From: an uncultured Christensenella sp.
GTDB lineage: Bacteria > Bacillota > Clostridia > Christensenellales > UBA1242
Length of the DNA: 33,567 bases
Direction: 5' to 3'
NCBI GenBank assembly: GCA_964367965.1
Contig: CAYIZA010000005.1
Span: 1 to 33,567 of the forward strand
Position 1 is the stretch's first letter; the number at the start of each line of letters is the position of its first letter. Below the pieces are notes generated by a model. That model ran no database searches. It was given only the letters and a program-made list of their open reading frames with translations, and was not told the DNA's origin. Shown in pieces: positions 1 through 9,459 of this stretch. A program made the position numbers and the translations under genes.

Positions 1-31
1 AAAAATCCACCCGGATAAGGGGCGGATTTTT
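1..31 (-). terminator. Rho-independent terminator after tuf
   Basis: The minus-strand RNA reads AUCCGCCCC-UUAUCC-GGGUGGAU followed by a U run that reaches the window edge. One stem position is a G-U pair on the minus strand but an A-C mismatch on the plus strand. It starts about 15 nt after the tuf stop (42-44). Confidence 0.7.
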
Positions 32-41
32 AAAAAGTAAA

Positions 42-1253
42 CTATTTAACAATTTTTGCAACTACACCGGAGCCAACTGTTCTGCCGCCCTCACGGATAG
101 CAAAACGAAGTCCTTCATCGATAGCGATTGGTGTAATAAGTTCAACAGTCATCTCAACATTGTCACCAGGCATAACGATTTCCACGCCAGCAGGCAACTC
201 AATTGAGCCAGTTACATCGGTAGTTCTGAAGTAGAACTGTGGACGGTAACCAGACACAAACGGTGTGGTGCGTCCGCCCTCTTCTTTTTTCAGGACATAC
301 ACATTTGCCTTGAAGGTGGTGTGCGGAGTAATAGACTTAGGTGCACAAATTACTTGGCCTCTCTGGATGTCCTTACGCTCAACTCCACGAAGCAGAACAC
401 CTATGTTGTCTCCTGCCTGAGCCTGGTCAAGAAGTTTCTTGAACATCTCAACGCCGGTGATAACAGTGGTCTTTGTAGGACCCATACCAACGATTTCCAC
501 AGTGTCGCCATTCTTTACAACACCTTTTTCCACACGACCGGTTGCAACAGTTCCACGACCAGTGATTGTAAATACATCCTCAACTGGCATCAGGAAAGGC
601 TTGTCGATTGCACGGATTGGGTCTTTAAAGAAGTTGTCAATTGCGTCAACAAGTTCAAATATGCACTTGCTGTCTTCGCTGTCGCCATTGCCTTTAACAG
701 CAGCGTCCAGCGCTTTAATTGCAGAACCAAAAATGATTGGAGTCTTATCTCCGTCAAATCCGTACTCGTTCAAAATGTCACGAAGTTCCATCTCAACGAG
801 TTCCAGCAACTCTGCTTTGTCAGCTGGTGGAAGTTGGTCAGTCTTGTTTACGAAAACCACGATAGAAGGTACGCCTACCTGACGAGCAAGCAGTATGTGC
901 TCACGGGTCTGAGGCATAACACCGTCGGTCGCAGCAACCACCAGGATTGCTCCGTCCATCTGTGCTGCACCGGTAATCATATTCTTTACATAGTCAGCGT
1001 GTCCTGGACAGTCTACGTGTGCGTAGTGTCTCTTTGCCGACTCGTACTCTACATGGCTGGTGTTGATGGTGATGCCTCGTTCACGCTCTTCCTTTGTGTT
1101 GTCAATGGAAGCGTAGTCACGAGCCTTTGCCCATCCCTTTAAAGCCAGTGTAGAAGTAATAGCGGCCGTCAATGTTGTTTTACCATGGTCAACATGTCCT
1201 ATTGTACCAAGGTTAAAGTGAGGTTTTGTTCTTTCGAACTTTGCTTTTGCCAT
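42..1253 (-). CDS. tuf: Elongation factor Tu
   Basis: 403-aa ORF starting [28 protein letters not shown]. It carries the [16 protein letters not shown] and NKTD GTPase motifs and is full length. It is the last gene in the rpsL-rpsG-fusA-tuf order. Confidence 0.97.
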   Translation of the reverse strand: MAKAKFERTKPHFNLGTIGHVDHGKTTLTAAITSTLALKGWAKARDYASIDNTKEERERGITINTSHVEYESAKRHYAHVDCPGHADYVKNMITGAAQMDGAILVVAATDGVMPQTREHILLARQVGVPSIVVFVNKTDQLPPADKAELLELVEMELRDILNEYGFDGDKTPIIFGSAIKALDAAVKGNGDSEDSKCIFELVDAIDNFFKDPIRAIDKPFLMPVEDVFTITGRGTVATGRVEKGVVKNGDTVEIVGMGPTKTTVITGVEMFKKLLDQAQAGDNIGVLLRGVERKDIQRGQVICAPKSITPHTTFKANVYVLKKEEGGRTTPFVSGYRPQFYFRTTDVTGSIELPAGVEIVMPGDNVEMTVELITPIAIDEGLRFAIREGGRTVGSGVVAKIVK

Positions 1254-1288
1254 AATCTTTAATCTCCTTATTTATTTTTCTAATTTAA

Positions 1289-3364
1289 TTAGGCATTTTT
1301 TGTGCGTTGTCCAACAATCTTGTCTGCGATGAATTTTGGCACTTCTTCATAGTGTGAAAGTTCCATGATGAAGATACCTCTGCCCTGTGTCAGACTGCGC
1401 AAGTCAGTCGCATAGCCAAACATCTCAGCAAGCGGGACAAGGGCGTTAATTGTCTGTTGACCTTCTTTGAGTTCCATATCACGAAGTTGTCCACGACGAC
1501 GGTTTATGTCTCCCATGACATCTCCTAGATATTCTTCCGGAACTTCCACCTGAACTTTCATCATCGGTTCAAGCAAAATTGGACTTGCATTCCTTGCGGC
1601 TTCCTTGAAAGCCATACTTCCTGCAATCTTGAACGCCATTTCACTGGAGTCAACATCGTGGAAACTACCATCAATCAAGGTTACTCGGAAGTCCACTGTT
1701 TCATAGCCAGCGATGACACCGTTCTGTTTTGCCTCACGAATTCCGTTGTCAATAGGCCCAATAAATTCTTTTGGAATCGCTCCGCCGACAATTTTGTCAA
1801 CAAACTCATATCCTTTGCCTGGTTCAAGCGGCTCAATCTCGATAACACAGTGACCGTATTGTCCTTTTCCACCAGATTGTTTGATGTACTTTCCTTCCTG
1901 TTTGCAGCGTCCCCGTATTGTTTCCCTATAGGCAACCTGAGGCTGTCCTACGGTCACATCTACATTGAACTCTCTCACCAGGCGGTCACGGTATATATCA
2001 AGGTGAAGCTCACCCATTCCAGCAATGATTGTCTGACCGGTCTCCTGGTCAGTATAGGTCTTAAATGACGGGTCCTCTTCTGAAAATCTCAGCAGTGATG
2101 CCATCATTTTTTCCTGGTCCTGTTTGGTCTTAGGCTCAATTGCAATTTTAATTACAGGGTCCGGGAAGTTGATGCTCTCAAGTAGTACAGGCGCTTTTTC
2201 GTCACAGAGGGTGTCGCCGGTAGTGGTATCTTTAAGACCCACAATAGCGGCAATATCTCCGGTGCGAACTTCGCTTATTTCCTGTCTTTCATTACTGTGC
2301 ATACGAATCAGGCGTGCAATCCTCTCTTTCTTTCCCTTACTGGAGTTGTAGACATAACTGCCACTCTCAATCTTTCCGCTGTACACTCTGAAGTAGGTCA
2401 GGCGACCATATGGGTCGGTAACCACTTTGAACGCAAGCGCACTAAATGGTTCGTCATCACTGGCTTTTCTCTCGGTAGGGGTGCCGTTCGGCAGTTCTCC
2501 CTTAATAGCCGGGATATCCAGTGGGCTCGGCATGTAGGCTACAATGGCATCCAGCAGTTTCTGAACTCCTTTGTTCTTGTAACTTGTTCCACATACCACC
2601 GGATTCAGTTTTAAACTCAAAGTGCCCTTACGAAGTCCGGTTTTTATTTCCTGAGTTGTAAACTCTTTACCATCCAGGAATTTCTCCAGCAACACATCAT
2701 CGGTTTCAGCGACTGCCTCAATCATGGCAGCACGGTACTTTTTCGCTTCAGCGAGCATATTCTCCGGAATCGCCACCACTTCCATATCTGTGCCTAGGTC
2801 GTTCTTGTACATAACAGCATTCATCTCCACCAAGTCGACGATTCCCTTGAACTCGTCAGCGTGGCCGATCGGAAGTTGAATAGGAACTGCATTTGCCCCT
2901 AGACGGTCTTTCATCATCTTGACTGCACGGTAGAAGTCTGCGCCATTCATGTCCATCTTGTTGATATACGCCATTCTGGGAACGCCGTACTTGTTCGCCT
3001 GACGCCATACTGTCTCACTCTGCGGCTGAACACCGCCTCGTGCACAGAAAACTGCCACAGCACCATCCAGCACCTTAAGACTACGCTCCACTTCAATAGT
3101 GAAGTCTACGTGTCCGGGGGTGTCTATAATGTTTATCTGGCAATCGCCCCACTGTGTAGTGGTTGCAGCGGAGGTTATGGTTATTCCACGCTCCTGCTCC
3201 TGAACCATCCAATCCATAGTGGCAGCGCCCTCATGTACCTCACCAATTTTGTGTGTCTTTCCGGTATAGTACAGAATTCGCTCAGTGGTGGTGGTCTTGC
3301 CGGCATCTATGTGCGCCATAATACCAATGTTTCGTATCTTTTCTAGCGCTATTGTTCTTGCCAT
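1289..3364 (-). CDS. fusA: Elongation factor G
   Basis: 691-aa ORF with [17 protein letters not shown] and NKMD motifs and a typical EF-G length. It sits between rpsG and tuf. Confidence 0.97.
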   Translation of the reverse strand: MARTIALEKIRNIGIMAHIDAGKTTTTERILYYTGKTHKIGEVHEGAATMDWMVQEQERGITITSAATTTQWGDCQINIIDTPGHVDFTIEVERSLKVLDGAVAVFCARGGVQPQSETVWRQANKYGVPRMAYINKMDMNGADFYRAVKMMKDRLGANAVPIQLPIGHADEFKGIVDLVEMNAVMYKNDLGTDMEVVAIPENMLAEAKKYRAAMIEAVAETDDVLLEKFLDGKEFTTQEIKTGLRKGTLSLKLNPVVCGTSYKNKGVQKLLDAIVAYMPSPLDIPAIKGELPNGTPTERKASDDEPFSALAFKVVTDPYGRLTYFRVYSGKIESGSYVYNSSKGKKERIARLIRMHSNERQEISEVRTGDIAAIVGLKDTTTGDTLCDEKAPVLLESINFPDPVIKIAIEPKTKQDQEKMMASLLRFSEEDPSFKTYTDQETGQTIIAGMGELHLDIYRDRLVREFNVDVTVGQPQVAYRETIRGRCKQEGKYIKQSGGKGQYGHCVIEIEPLEPGKGYEFVDKIVGGAIPKEFIGPIDNGIREAKQNGVIAGYETVDFRVTLIDGSFHDVDSSEMAFKIAGSMAFKEAARNASPILLEPMMKVQVEVPEEYLGDVMGDINRRRGQLRDMELKEGQQTINALVPLAEMFGYATDLRSLTQGRGIFIMELSHYEEVPKFIADKIVGQRTKNA

Positions 3365-3394
3365 GGTTTATCTCCTTATCTCTCTTAGATTATC

Positions 3395-3865
3395 TTAATA
3401 TTTGTAGTGTGCAAAGGCCTTGTTTGCCTCTGCCATACGGTGAACATCATCTTTCTTCTTAATAGTTCCACCGGTGTTATTGAATGCATCCAGAAGTTCT
3501 CCTGCCAGCCTGTTTTCCATTCCTCGTTCTCCACGCTTCTCGGCAGACAATACCAGCCAGCGAACCGCCAGCGTCTGACGACGAACCGGACGAATTTCAA
3601 CTGGAATCTGGTAACTTGCACCGCCCACTTTGCGTGGTTTTGTCTCTACCAGCGGCATTACATTTTCAAAAACTTTCTCTAATGCTTCAATTGCACTCAT
3701 GTTAGACTTCTCAGCCAGTATCTCCAGTGCATTATATACAATGCTCTGAGCAGTTCCCTTCTTACCATCCAGCATAACCTGGTTGATAAGTTTTGCAACA
3801 ACAAGACTGTTATATTTTGGGTCTGGCAGAATCTTTCTAACATGTGCAGCATTGCGTCTTGACAT
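3395..3865 (-). CDS. rpsG: 30S ribosomal protein S7
   Basis: 156-aa ORF (MSRRNAAHVRKILPDPKYNS... to ...NKAFAHYKY) with typical S7 length and termini. It lies between rpsL and fusA. Confidence 0.95.
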   Translation of the reverse strand: MSRRNAAHVRKILPDPKYNSLVVAKLINQVMLDGKKGTAQSIVYNALEILAEKSNMSAIEALEKVFENVMPLVETKPRKVGGASYQIPVEIRPVRRQTLAVRWLVLSAEKRGERGMENRLAGELLDAFNNTGGTIKKKDDVHRMAEANKAFAHYKY

Positions 3866-3921
3866 AGTGTAAATTCTCCTTAATAAATTTTAGTTTGGTT
3901 TAGGGTAGTTTTAATTAAAAA

Positions 3922-4293
3922 CTATTTGGTTTTCTTAGTACCGTAAAGGCTACGACGCTGATTTCGCTTAGCAGTTCCTGCAGTGTCCAGCACTCCTCGT
4001 ACGATGTGATAACGCACACCAATGAGGTCAGGCACACGGCCGCCACGCACCAGCACTACAGAGTGTTCCTGAAGGTTGTGACCTATACCAGGAATATATA
4101 CTGTAGTTTCTTCGCCGTTGCTTAAACGCACCTTAGCAATCTTACGCAAAGCCGAGTTAGGCTTCTTTGGCGTAGTAGTGGTAACCGAAGTACAAACCCC
4201 ACGCTTCTGCGGACATCTTTCCAACAGCGGCGCTTTGGTCTTTCGGACCTTGCTCTTACGGCCTTTTTTTACTAGCTGATTTATAGTAGGCAT
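3922..4293 (-). CDS. rpsL: 30S ribosomal protein S12
   Basis: I trimmed the ORF-track frame 3922..4455 to the internal ATG at 4293 ([18 protein letters not shown]...). That gives 123 aa, the canonical S12 length and N-terminus. AAGGAGA lies just upstream, and the 54 codons above it look non-coding. Confidence 0.93.
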   Translation of the reverse strand: MPTINQLVKKGRKSKVRKTKAPLLERCPQKRGVCTSVTTTTPKKPNSALRKIAKVRLSNGEETTVYIPGIGHNLQEHSVVLVRGGRVPDLIGVRYHIVRGVLDTAGTAKRNQRRSLYGTKKTK

Positions 4294-4462
4294 TCTTCTC
4301 TCCTTACTTAGTTTCTTATGGAATTCTAACAACCCTAAAGAATTTCCACCTTGTCTAAACACGCTTATATTATCGTATTGTAGACCTTCACGGATGCTGC
4401 CCCACACAACGCTTGAAGACAGATTCCGGTGAAGTTGTTTTACTTCCAGGCTCAAAACCTCT

Positions 4463-4493
4463 AAAATAAAACGCTACAAAGCCAATTTTGTAG
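4463..4493 (-). terminator. Terminator-like hairpin at the 5' end of the predicted rpsL leader
   Basis: The minus-strand RNA reads CUACAAA-AUUGGC-UUUGUAG (7-bp stem, 4474-4493) followed by CGUUUUAUUUU. It begins 1-2 nt after the predicted transcription start. Its function (attenuator, 5' stabiliser or upstream terminator) is unresolved. Confidence 0.3.
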
Positions 4494-4500
4494 TGTTGTG

Positions 4501-4529
4501 AGTTTATCAAATTTTTTTGCATATGTCAA
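4501..4529 (-). promoter_or_regulatory. Sigma-A type promoter of the str operon
   Basis: On the minus strand: TTGACA (4524-4529), a 17-nt spacer, then the extended -10 TGaTAAACT (-10 at 4501-4506). This implies a ~200-nt leader before the rpsL ATG at 4293. Confidence 0.55.
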
Positions 4530-4631
4530 TGATTTACAGCAACTTTTTTTATTTTTCCATGTTTTTAGGGCTTATTTATAATTATTCATAAAGAATTAGA
4601 ACAAAGGGGAGTGAACCTAGTGATAAGCCAG

Positions 4632-4778
4632 TTGTACACATAAATTATCAACTTATGCACATAGAATAATTATAAATCTTAGTGTATATTTATTAACTTT
4701 TTGTATATTTAAGCAAAAAATTGTATATTTACCCATAAAAAATTTAAGTTATCCACATTTTATGCAAAGTTATCCACA
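4632..4778 (+). promoter_or_regulatory. Cluster of DnaA boxes (two perfect, two near-consensus), all in the same orientation
   Basis: TTATCCACA occurs at 4749-4757 and 4770-4778, both perfect. TTATGCACA at 4653-4661 fits TTATNCACA. TTGTACACA at 4632-4640 has 2 mismatches. A weaker TTATCAACT lies at 4645-4653. The motif matches are certain; function is inferred. Confidence 0.6.
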
Positions 4779-4800
4779 GTGGGTAGAGTAAAATATACAA
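4683..4800. repeat. AT-rich 10-mer repeats (T)TGTATATTT(A): three direct copies plus one inverted
   Basis: Direct copies lie at 4683-4692, 4701-4711 and 4721-4731, spaced 18-20 bp. The inverted copy AAATATACAA is at 4791-4800. The last direct copy and the inverted copy bracket the two perfect DnaA boxes. Confidence 0.8.
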
Positions 4801-4806
4801 AAACAA

Positions 4807-5805
4807 CTAAATTCCTGACGCCAACACGATGTACACTATGTAACAGACTACCGGAACACCGGCAAAAATATAGTACGGCCAGCGTTTTTCCATAAAACTT
4901 AAGCGTTTGCGTTTAAATAGGTAAAGTGATAACAACATAGCAATTGCTATTATGCTGATTCCGGAAATAAGGCTGGCGGACAGGTCCTGCATAAAGACTG
5001 TTCCACCAAAACTGAGGATATCTGCCACTACCAGAATGGCAAGGTTGAACATATTGCTTCCGGCAATGTCGCCGAGCGCCAAATCGAAGTTGCCTCGTTT
5101 TATAAAGGTTACACAGGCGACTGCCTCAGGCAAACTGGTTCCGAAGCCCAGGAATAGCGCCCCGGCAAAGCCCTTATCCATCCCATAGGCTATGCTGATT
5201 GCATTTACCACATAGGTGGTGGCGATTGACACTCCTATAACAAGGAAACTGACCACTATAAATAGTATGATAATTGTACGCACCGACAGCCGGCTGGCAG
5301 TAAAGGGTCGGTTCTCTTCCCGGGTATCCTCTTTTTTGCGAGTGGATATAATACTGATTATATAGCATGCCAGAATTATGAAGGACAGGGTATTGATGTT
5401 GATAAAAGGTATCACCATAAAGTTTTCCGGCAGGAAGGTGTGGATAAACACCAGCACGGTGAGGATCAGACCCAGTGAGAGGAAAACTCCACTCGCTTTG
5501 CTGACCCTACGCTTGCGCACCAGTCTGGCGTAGAGCACTATAAATAAACAGAGTATAGCGACATTGAAGAAGTTGGAGCCCAGTATATTGTTGTAGGACA
5601 TAGCCGGCTCATTTAAAAGCAGAGTCGCTGAAATGGAGGTAAATAACTCCGGCAAAGAGGTTGCCGCCGCTAGTATAACACCGCTCAAAAGAGCGCCCGA
5701 CGCTTTGGTCCGACGCTCCAACTGCTCAATAAAGTTGGTAAGCACAATTGAAAGATATATAATTACGCCAATCAAGGTAACATAAAGTATCCACAACCAC
5801 CACAT
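4807..5805 (-). CDS. CaCA-family cation/Ca2+ antiporter (YrbG-like sodium/calcium exchanger membrane protein)
   Basis: 332-aa polytopic membrane protein with two alpha-repeat halves (ATSLPELFTSI...GSNFFNVAIL and GTSLPEAVACV...GSNMFNLAIL). It lies 31 nt downstream of the VanW gene and is probably co-transcribed with it. Confidence 0.8.
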   Translation of the reverse strand: MWWLWILYVTLIGVIIYLSIVLTNFIEQLERRTKASGALLSGVILAAATSLPELFTSISATLLLNEPAMSYNNILGSNFFNVAILCLFIVLYARLVRKRRVSKASGVFLSLGLILTVLVFIHTFLPENFMVIPFININTLSFIILACYIISIISTRKKEDTREENRPFTASRLSVRTIIILFIVVSFLVIGVSIATTYVVNAISIAYGMDKGFAGALFLGFGTSLPEAVACVTFIKRGNFDLALGDIAGSNMFNLAILVVADILSFGGTVFMQDLSASLISGISIIAIAMLLSLYLFKRKRLSFMEKRWPYYIFAGVPVVCYIVYIVLASGI

Positions 5806-5836
5806 AAGAAAAACTCCAGTTTACATGCTAATACTA

Positions 5837-7201
5837 TCAATAACCTTTGAAATAGTCAATAAAATTTTGATTGTTGTCATAAAAAATTTCAGGCTGAGGC
5901 ATTTGTGGTCTTATTTTGGTACCCTTGAGTAACACTCCCTGCACCGGTTTATATTTCTGCTGCCGAATCAATTTCTTTGTGAACAGGGTGCCGTCCTTCC
6001 AAAATTCCAGATAGGAATTCACCACACACCCCTCTTTAGGATAGGTCTGATAACTCTTCTCGTCTTCAAACAAACCGGCATCCTCCACCACCCGGTCGGC
6101 AGGCGGTGAAATCTTTTCCAGCACCATACTGGAGCGCTTAATCTTCAACTCGCCCGGCTTTGCCCGCCCAAACACCTCCACTCCGACAACTTCGCCGTTG
6201 GCATAGGTGCGCACATACATAGGCTCGCCCGAGGTGTTTTTCCACTTCAAATCACTGGAGCCGAAGTTGACCATAGCATCAAAACCGTTCAGCACATAGT
6301 TACTAACCAGAGTGTGCGGATGAACCTCTACAATCTCCAAACCCGCCAACAAAAGAGCGTTGTACAGTGTGGTGCTGGACTGGCAGACTCCTCCGCCCGG
6401 CGCCTCGACATATTCGCCGTTCACAATGATATTCGCCTCACGGTATCCCTTTTCAGTCGAACGCCTGCCGGTGATAGTGTTAAAAGAATAGACGGTATCG
6501 GGCTGGATTACCAGTCCGTTGAACTCGCTTATAGACCGTTTTATATTGCTCTTGCGGTTGGCATTACTGGTCTGGTAGTTGGTCTCAAAACTCGCTCTCA
6601 TATTTTGGAATTTCTCCAGGTAGGCACGGGTGATTTGAGGTTTTATAACCTTGGGCTGTATATCTATGCGCAGTTGCGGTTTTTCTTTCAGCGTTTCCCA
6701 TAGTTTTTGGTATAGCCTCTCCTTTTCTACCAAATAACCGGTGCGCTCATTAGTGAAGTGGAACCAAGGTTTGGTCTGTGGGTCAAAGGTGAGGGTAGCA
6801 TCCAGCATCTGGATATCTATGGTACGGCAGATTTCATCCACCAACTCCCGCAGCCCGAAAAAAGTGTAGTCGAAAGAGTCCTCCCAACTAAAGCCCAGGG
6901 CATGAACCCTTTTCACCAGCGCACTTCGCTGGAGGTGGCTGCCCAACTTGCCATGCTTTTGTGCCTGTGCGGAATGTGTGAAGATTTTGGTCTTTCCGGC
7001 GAGTTTTTTATCATCCCAGCGCCAGATTTTGCCTTTATAACAGAACTCCAGCACGACGGGCTCGAATTGTTCTTCGGCAGTGGTATCGGCCTGCACCGGA
7101 GCAGCACAGCATACCGATTGTGGCATGCCGAAAAGGCAAGCACACACCAGCATAGCCGCCAAAAGCAGAAAGACATTTAAAAACTTCGGTGAGGTCTTCA
7201 T
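5837..7201 (-). CDS. VanW-family secreted/membrane-anchored protein with a G5-like C-terminus
   Basis: 454 aa with an N-terminal signal/anchor (FLNVFLLLAAMLVCACLFG). The VanW core signature is GGGVCQSSTTLYNALLLAGLEIVEVHPHT. GAGGAG lies upstream of the ATG at 7201. Confidence 0.75.
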   Translation of the reverse strand: MKTSPKFLNVFLLLAAMLVCACLFGMPQSVCCAAPVQADTTAEEQFEPVVLEFCYKGKIWRWDDKKLAGKTKIFTHSAQAQKHGKLGSHLQRSALVKRVHALGFSWEDSFDYTFFGLRELVDEICRTIDIQMLDATLTFDPQTKPWFHFTNERTGYLVEKERLYQKLWETLKEKPQLRIDIQPKVIKPQITRAYLEKFQNMRASFETNYQTSNANRKSNIKRSISEFNGLVIQPDTVYSFNTITGRRSTEKGYREANIIVNGEYVEAPGGGVCQSSTTLYNALLLAGLEIVEVHPHTLVSNYVLNGFDAMVNFGSSDLKWKNTSGEPMYVRTYANGEVVGVEVFGRAKPGELKIKRSSMVLEKISPPADRVVEDAGLFEDEKSYQTYPKEGCVVNSYLEFWKDGTLFTKKLIRQQKYKPVQGVLLKGTKIRPQMPQPEIFYDNNQNFIDYFKGY

Positions 7202-7398
7202 TTACTCCTCTCTTGTTTTTGACTATTTTCTGCAGTTTTGTTATAAATATACACTATGGTGACTGTAACAAGACGAGAAAAAAGATTGATTCAGGCGGCT
7301 TTTTCCGGGAGAGAAGTGCGGAGTTGAGCGAGGATGAGAGGCGGTGTTTTTTGCTTAGGTCTGGAGAGTGGCAAGGCGCTTACGCACTGCGTGCACTG

Positions 7399-7422
7399 AA
7401 AAAAAAGGGAGTTATCCCTTTT
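7399..7422 (-). terminator. Weak terminator after the GLUG-repeat gene
   Basis: The minus-strand RNA reads AAAAGGGA-UAAC-UCCCUUUU followed by further U (an A8 run on the plus strand, 7399-7406). It lies about 45 nt after the stop at 7465. The GC core is short. Confidence 0.35.
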
Positions 7423-7464
7423 CTACTCTTTACAATGGAAAAAACCTTTAAAATTCAAACTGAA

Positions 7465-8613
7465 CTATATGATCGTCAACTCCATTGAATTAAAATACCT
7501 GATCGCCGGGTAGAACCCGTTTACCAGGTGCCATTGACCTGCGGTAAAGGATGTCATTCCACTTGGCAAACTACCGTTGGCTGTGCTTTTCATTTGAGCA
7601 GTGGAGAGACCCTGAGTGTTTGTAACTGTACCCCCAGGGAATGATCCCGCCGCTCTAGCCATGTCCCCTGTACATTTCGAACTATCAAAGTAGTTAGTGC
7701 TCACATAGGGATTAGTGCCGAAGACATACCCCACTATTCCCCCACGAAAGGCACTACCGATCCCCGTATTACCAAAATCCATTGAGCAGACACTAAAGCA
7801 TTGCTGTATTGTCCCTCCGTCAGTTGCACCAGCAATACCACCCGAATATTTGCTGTTCAGGGTACCTACTGTTCCGCTGTTCCAACAGTATTGGACTACA
7901 ACGCCAGTACGTATACATCCCACAATACCACCTATGTCTCCAGCGTTATTGCCTCCGCTGTTTATAGTTAGATTACCGGTGTTCCAGCATCTCTGTATTG
8001 TTCCATGCCCCACCTGCCCCGCTATGCCGCCCTGAAATTTATTCTTGCCTGCAATAGATGCATTGTTGCTACAGTAGTCAATAATAGCACCACCGTTCAC
8101 ATAGGCCACTAATCCGCCCATATTATACTCGCCAAAACTTCTGGTCTCGGTAACAGAGCCACTTGCAATATGTGTATCTCTAATATACCCACCGTCCAAA
8201 AAGCCAAAAAGCCCAACATGGACCCTACTTGAGGAGCTGATATATAGATTGCTGATTTTATATCCATCGCCGTTGTAATAATAAGAATATGCTTCCCCAG
8301 TATGGTTTATCGGCGTCCATGCCCGGCTGGCTAAATCGATATCCACAGTTTGTCTGTAATATTTGCCGCTCCCGGAGAACGGGTTGGCGCTGATCCAAGC
8401 AAGGTTGGCTGCGCTGGAAATTAAGTAGGGGCTCGCTTCAGTTCCGGCACCGCTAGGCATTGTATTAGTACCATCCCACACCGATGCGGCGGCAAGTCGA
8501 TTGCTGGACTTGTCCAGAGTTGTTAAAGTAGCCATCGGGAAAGCGACCGCCAGCACTGCTATAAGCAAAAGAGGTATAATAAAAGATATGAAGACTTTAA
8601 CTTTGGACTGCAT
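7465..8613 (-). CDS. Secreted GLUG-motif repeat protein (beta-helix/adhesin-like)
   Basis: I trimmed the frame to ATG 8613 (MQSKVKVFISFIIPLLLIAVLAVA, a signal peptide) with AGGAG 7 nt upstream. It has repeated GG(I/L)(A/V)G blocks (GGLVAYVNGG, GGIAGQVGHG, GGIVGCIRTG, GGIAGATDGG, GGIVGYVFG) and an N-terminal SPYLISSAANLAWIS...DIDL module typical of GLUG proteins. Confidence 0.55.
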   Translation of the reverse strand: MQSKVKVFISFIIPLLLIAVLAVAFPMATLTTLDKSSNRLAAASVWDGTNTMPSGAGTEASPYLISSAANLAWISANPFSGSGKYYRQTVDIDLASRAWTPINHTGEAYSYYYNGDGYKISNLYISSSSRVHVGLFGFLDGGYIRDTHIASGSVTETRSFGEYNMGGLVAYVNGGAIIDYCSNNASIAGKNKFQGGIAGQVGHGTIQRCWNTGNLTINSGGNNAGDIGGIVGCIRTGVVVQYCWNSGTVGTLNSKYSGGIAGATDGGTIQQCFSVCSMDFGNTGIGSAFRGGIVGYVFGTNPYVSTNYFDSSKCTGDMARAAGSFPGGTVTNTQGLSTAQMKSTANGSLPSGMTSFTAGQWHLVNGFYPAIRYFNSMELTII

Positions 8614-8631
8614 CCTTTTTCTCCTGTTATT

Positions 8632-8661
8632 AGTATAACAAAAATTCAAATAAAATAGCAA
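8632..8661 (-). promoter_or_regulatory. Sigma-A type promoter for the GLUG-repeat gene
   Basis: On the minus strand: TTGCTA (8656-8661), an 18-nt spacer, then the extended -10 TGtTATACT (-10 at 8632-8637), about 20 nt upstream of the start codon. Confidence 0.5.
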
Positions 8662-8698
8662 ACATTTAAAAGAAATTTTTTGGAAGTTGTTTTTTTAT

Positions 8699-8718
8699 AA
8701 AAAAGTGCAGAAATGCAC
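8699..8718 (-). terminator. Second small hairpin plus U run downstream of the 209-aa gene
   Basis: The hairpin is GTGCA-GAAA-TGCAC (8705-8718). On the minus strand it is followed by U6 (an A run at 8699-8704). Confidence 0.4.
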
Positions 8719-8772
8719 CCCTTTTTCCACACTTTAAGCAGTAAAATTGAAAAACTACCTCACTTTTTCAAC

Positions 8773-8801
8773 AAAAAAGCGTGTTTCCTCAGACACACGC
8801 C
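8773..8801 (-). terminator. Rho-independent terminator of the membrane/HicB-like/209-aa operon
   Basis: The minus-strand RNA reads GCGUGU-GUCUGAGGAA-ACACGC followed by UUUUUU (plus-strand hairpin 8779-8800, A run 8773-8778). It starts 12 nt after the stop at 8813. Confidence 0.6.
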
Positions 8802-8812
8802 TTTTATTTCGC

Positions 8813-9442
8813 TTAAGCGACTGACTGCCTTTTCTGCAACAGCAACTTCTGTTTTTTCTCTACCAATTCATCCTGATTTGCAGGCATAAGTGCAAGTTGT
8901 GCACGGGCAAAGTCCTCAGACACAATCTGCTGAGTGAGCAGTGTCATAATCTGCGTCTTTCTGAACTCCGCTATATCCAATTGAGTACTTATCGGCAGCA
9001 GAAACAACATATTCATTATAACAAAGTTATTCAAGCGGTTAAAGTCGGTCAGCGGGCTCACTAACAACTTTTTGCCCACCTCGCTATACCAACTATCCGC
9101 CACTTTTTCCATATCGCCGGACAGCACGAAGTCCGCTTTATAGTTGTCCAAAAAGTCCAGCATATTCTCCCGGTTTGTCCAGAATAACTCCAGTTTTCGG
9201 CGGGTTATTATAATGGTCTGCGGAATCTCCAGTGACTTAATGCCCTCCACTACATGGAAACTGCTGGTCTTAAAGTGCGACTCTGCACCAAACAGGTTGT
9301 GCGCGCTTTTATCTCTCATAAGAGATACCCTGTTTCCATAGAGCCCCTTGCCAAAGATAAATTTCTCAAAGGAGAAACCACATGTAATCGCATAGCCCAA
9401 GTGCGCCATTGCCTGCTCACTTGTAAACATTTTTTCAATCAT
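8813..9442 (-). CDS. Hypothetical protein, 209 aa, no family recognised
   Basis: The long ORF has ATG at 9442 preceded by AAGGGGTG (the ORF track starts one codon earlier, at GTG 9445). It is tightly spaced after the HicB-like gene and has a C-terminal K/Q-rich helical tail. I see no recognisable catalytic motif. Confidence 0.6.
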   Translation of the reverse strand: MIEKMFTSEQAMAHLGYAITCGFSFEKFIFGKGLYGNRVSLMRDKSAHNLFGAESHFKTSSFHVVEGIKSLEIPQTIIITRRKLELFWTNRENMLDFLDNYKADFVLSGDMEKVADSWYSEVGKKLLVSPLTDFNRLNNFVIMNMLFLLPISTQLDIAEFRKTQIMTLLTQQIVSEDFARAQLALMPANQDELVEKKQKLLLQKRQSVA

Positions 9443-9459
9443 CACTTCACCCCTTGAGT

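Noticed and set aside
321-3346. Plus-strand ORFs antisense to tuf and fusA (for example 321..1142, 439..882, 1658..2068), and similar antisense or nested ORFs inside other conserved genes across the window
   Set aside because: They lie fully inside strongly supported conserved CDSs, have low-complexity or Cys/Ser/Leu-rich translations, and lack RBSs. This is the typical shadow-ORF pattern.
4294-4455. N-terminal 54-codon extension of rpsL given by the ORF track
   Set aside because: The canonical S12 N-terminus (MPTINQL) with its own RBS starts at 4293. The extension has no S12 similarity and contains the predicted leader.
4530-4806. Chromosomal oriC
   Set aside because: No dnaA or dnaN lies adjacent, and genes on both sides are on the same (minus) strand, so there is no leading-strand switch. 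I report it as an orphan DnaA-box cluster instead.
7189-7488. 99-aa plus-strand ORF in the VanW / GLUG spacer
   Set aside because: It overlaps the VanW start and the GLUG gene's stop and terminator. It has no RBS and a junk-like sequence.
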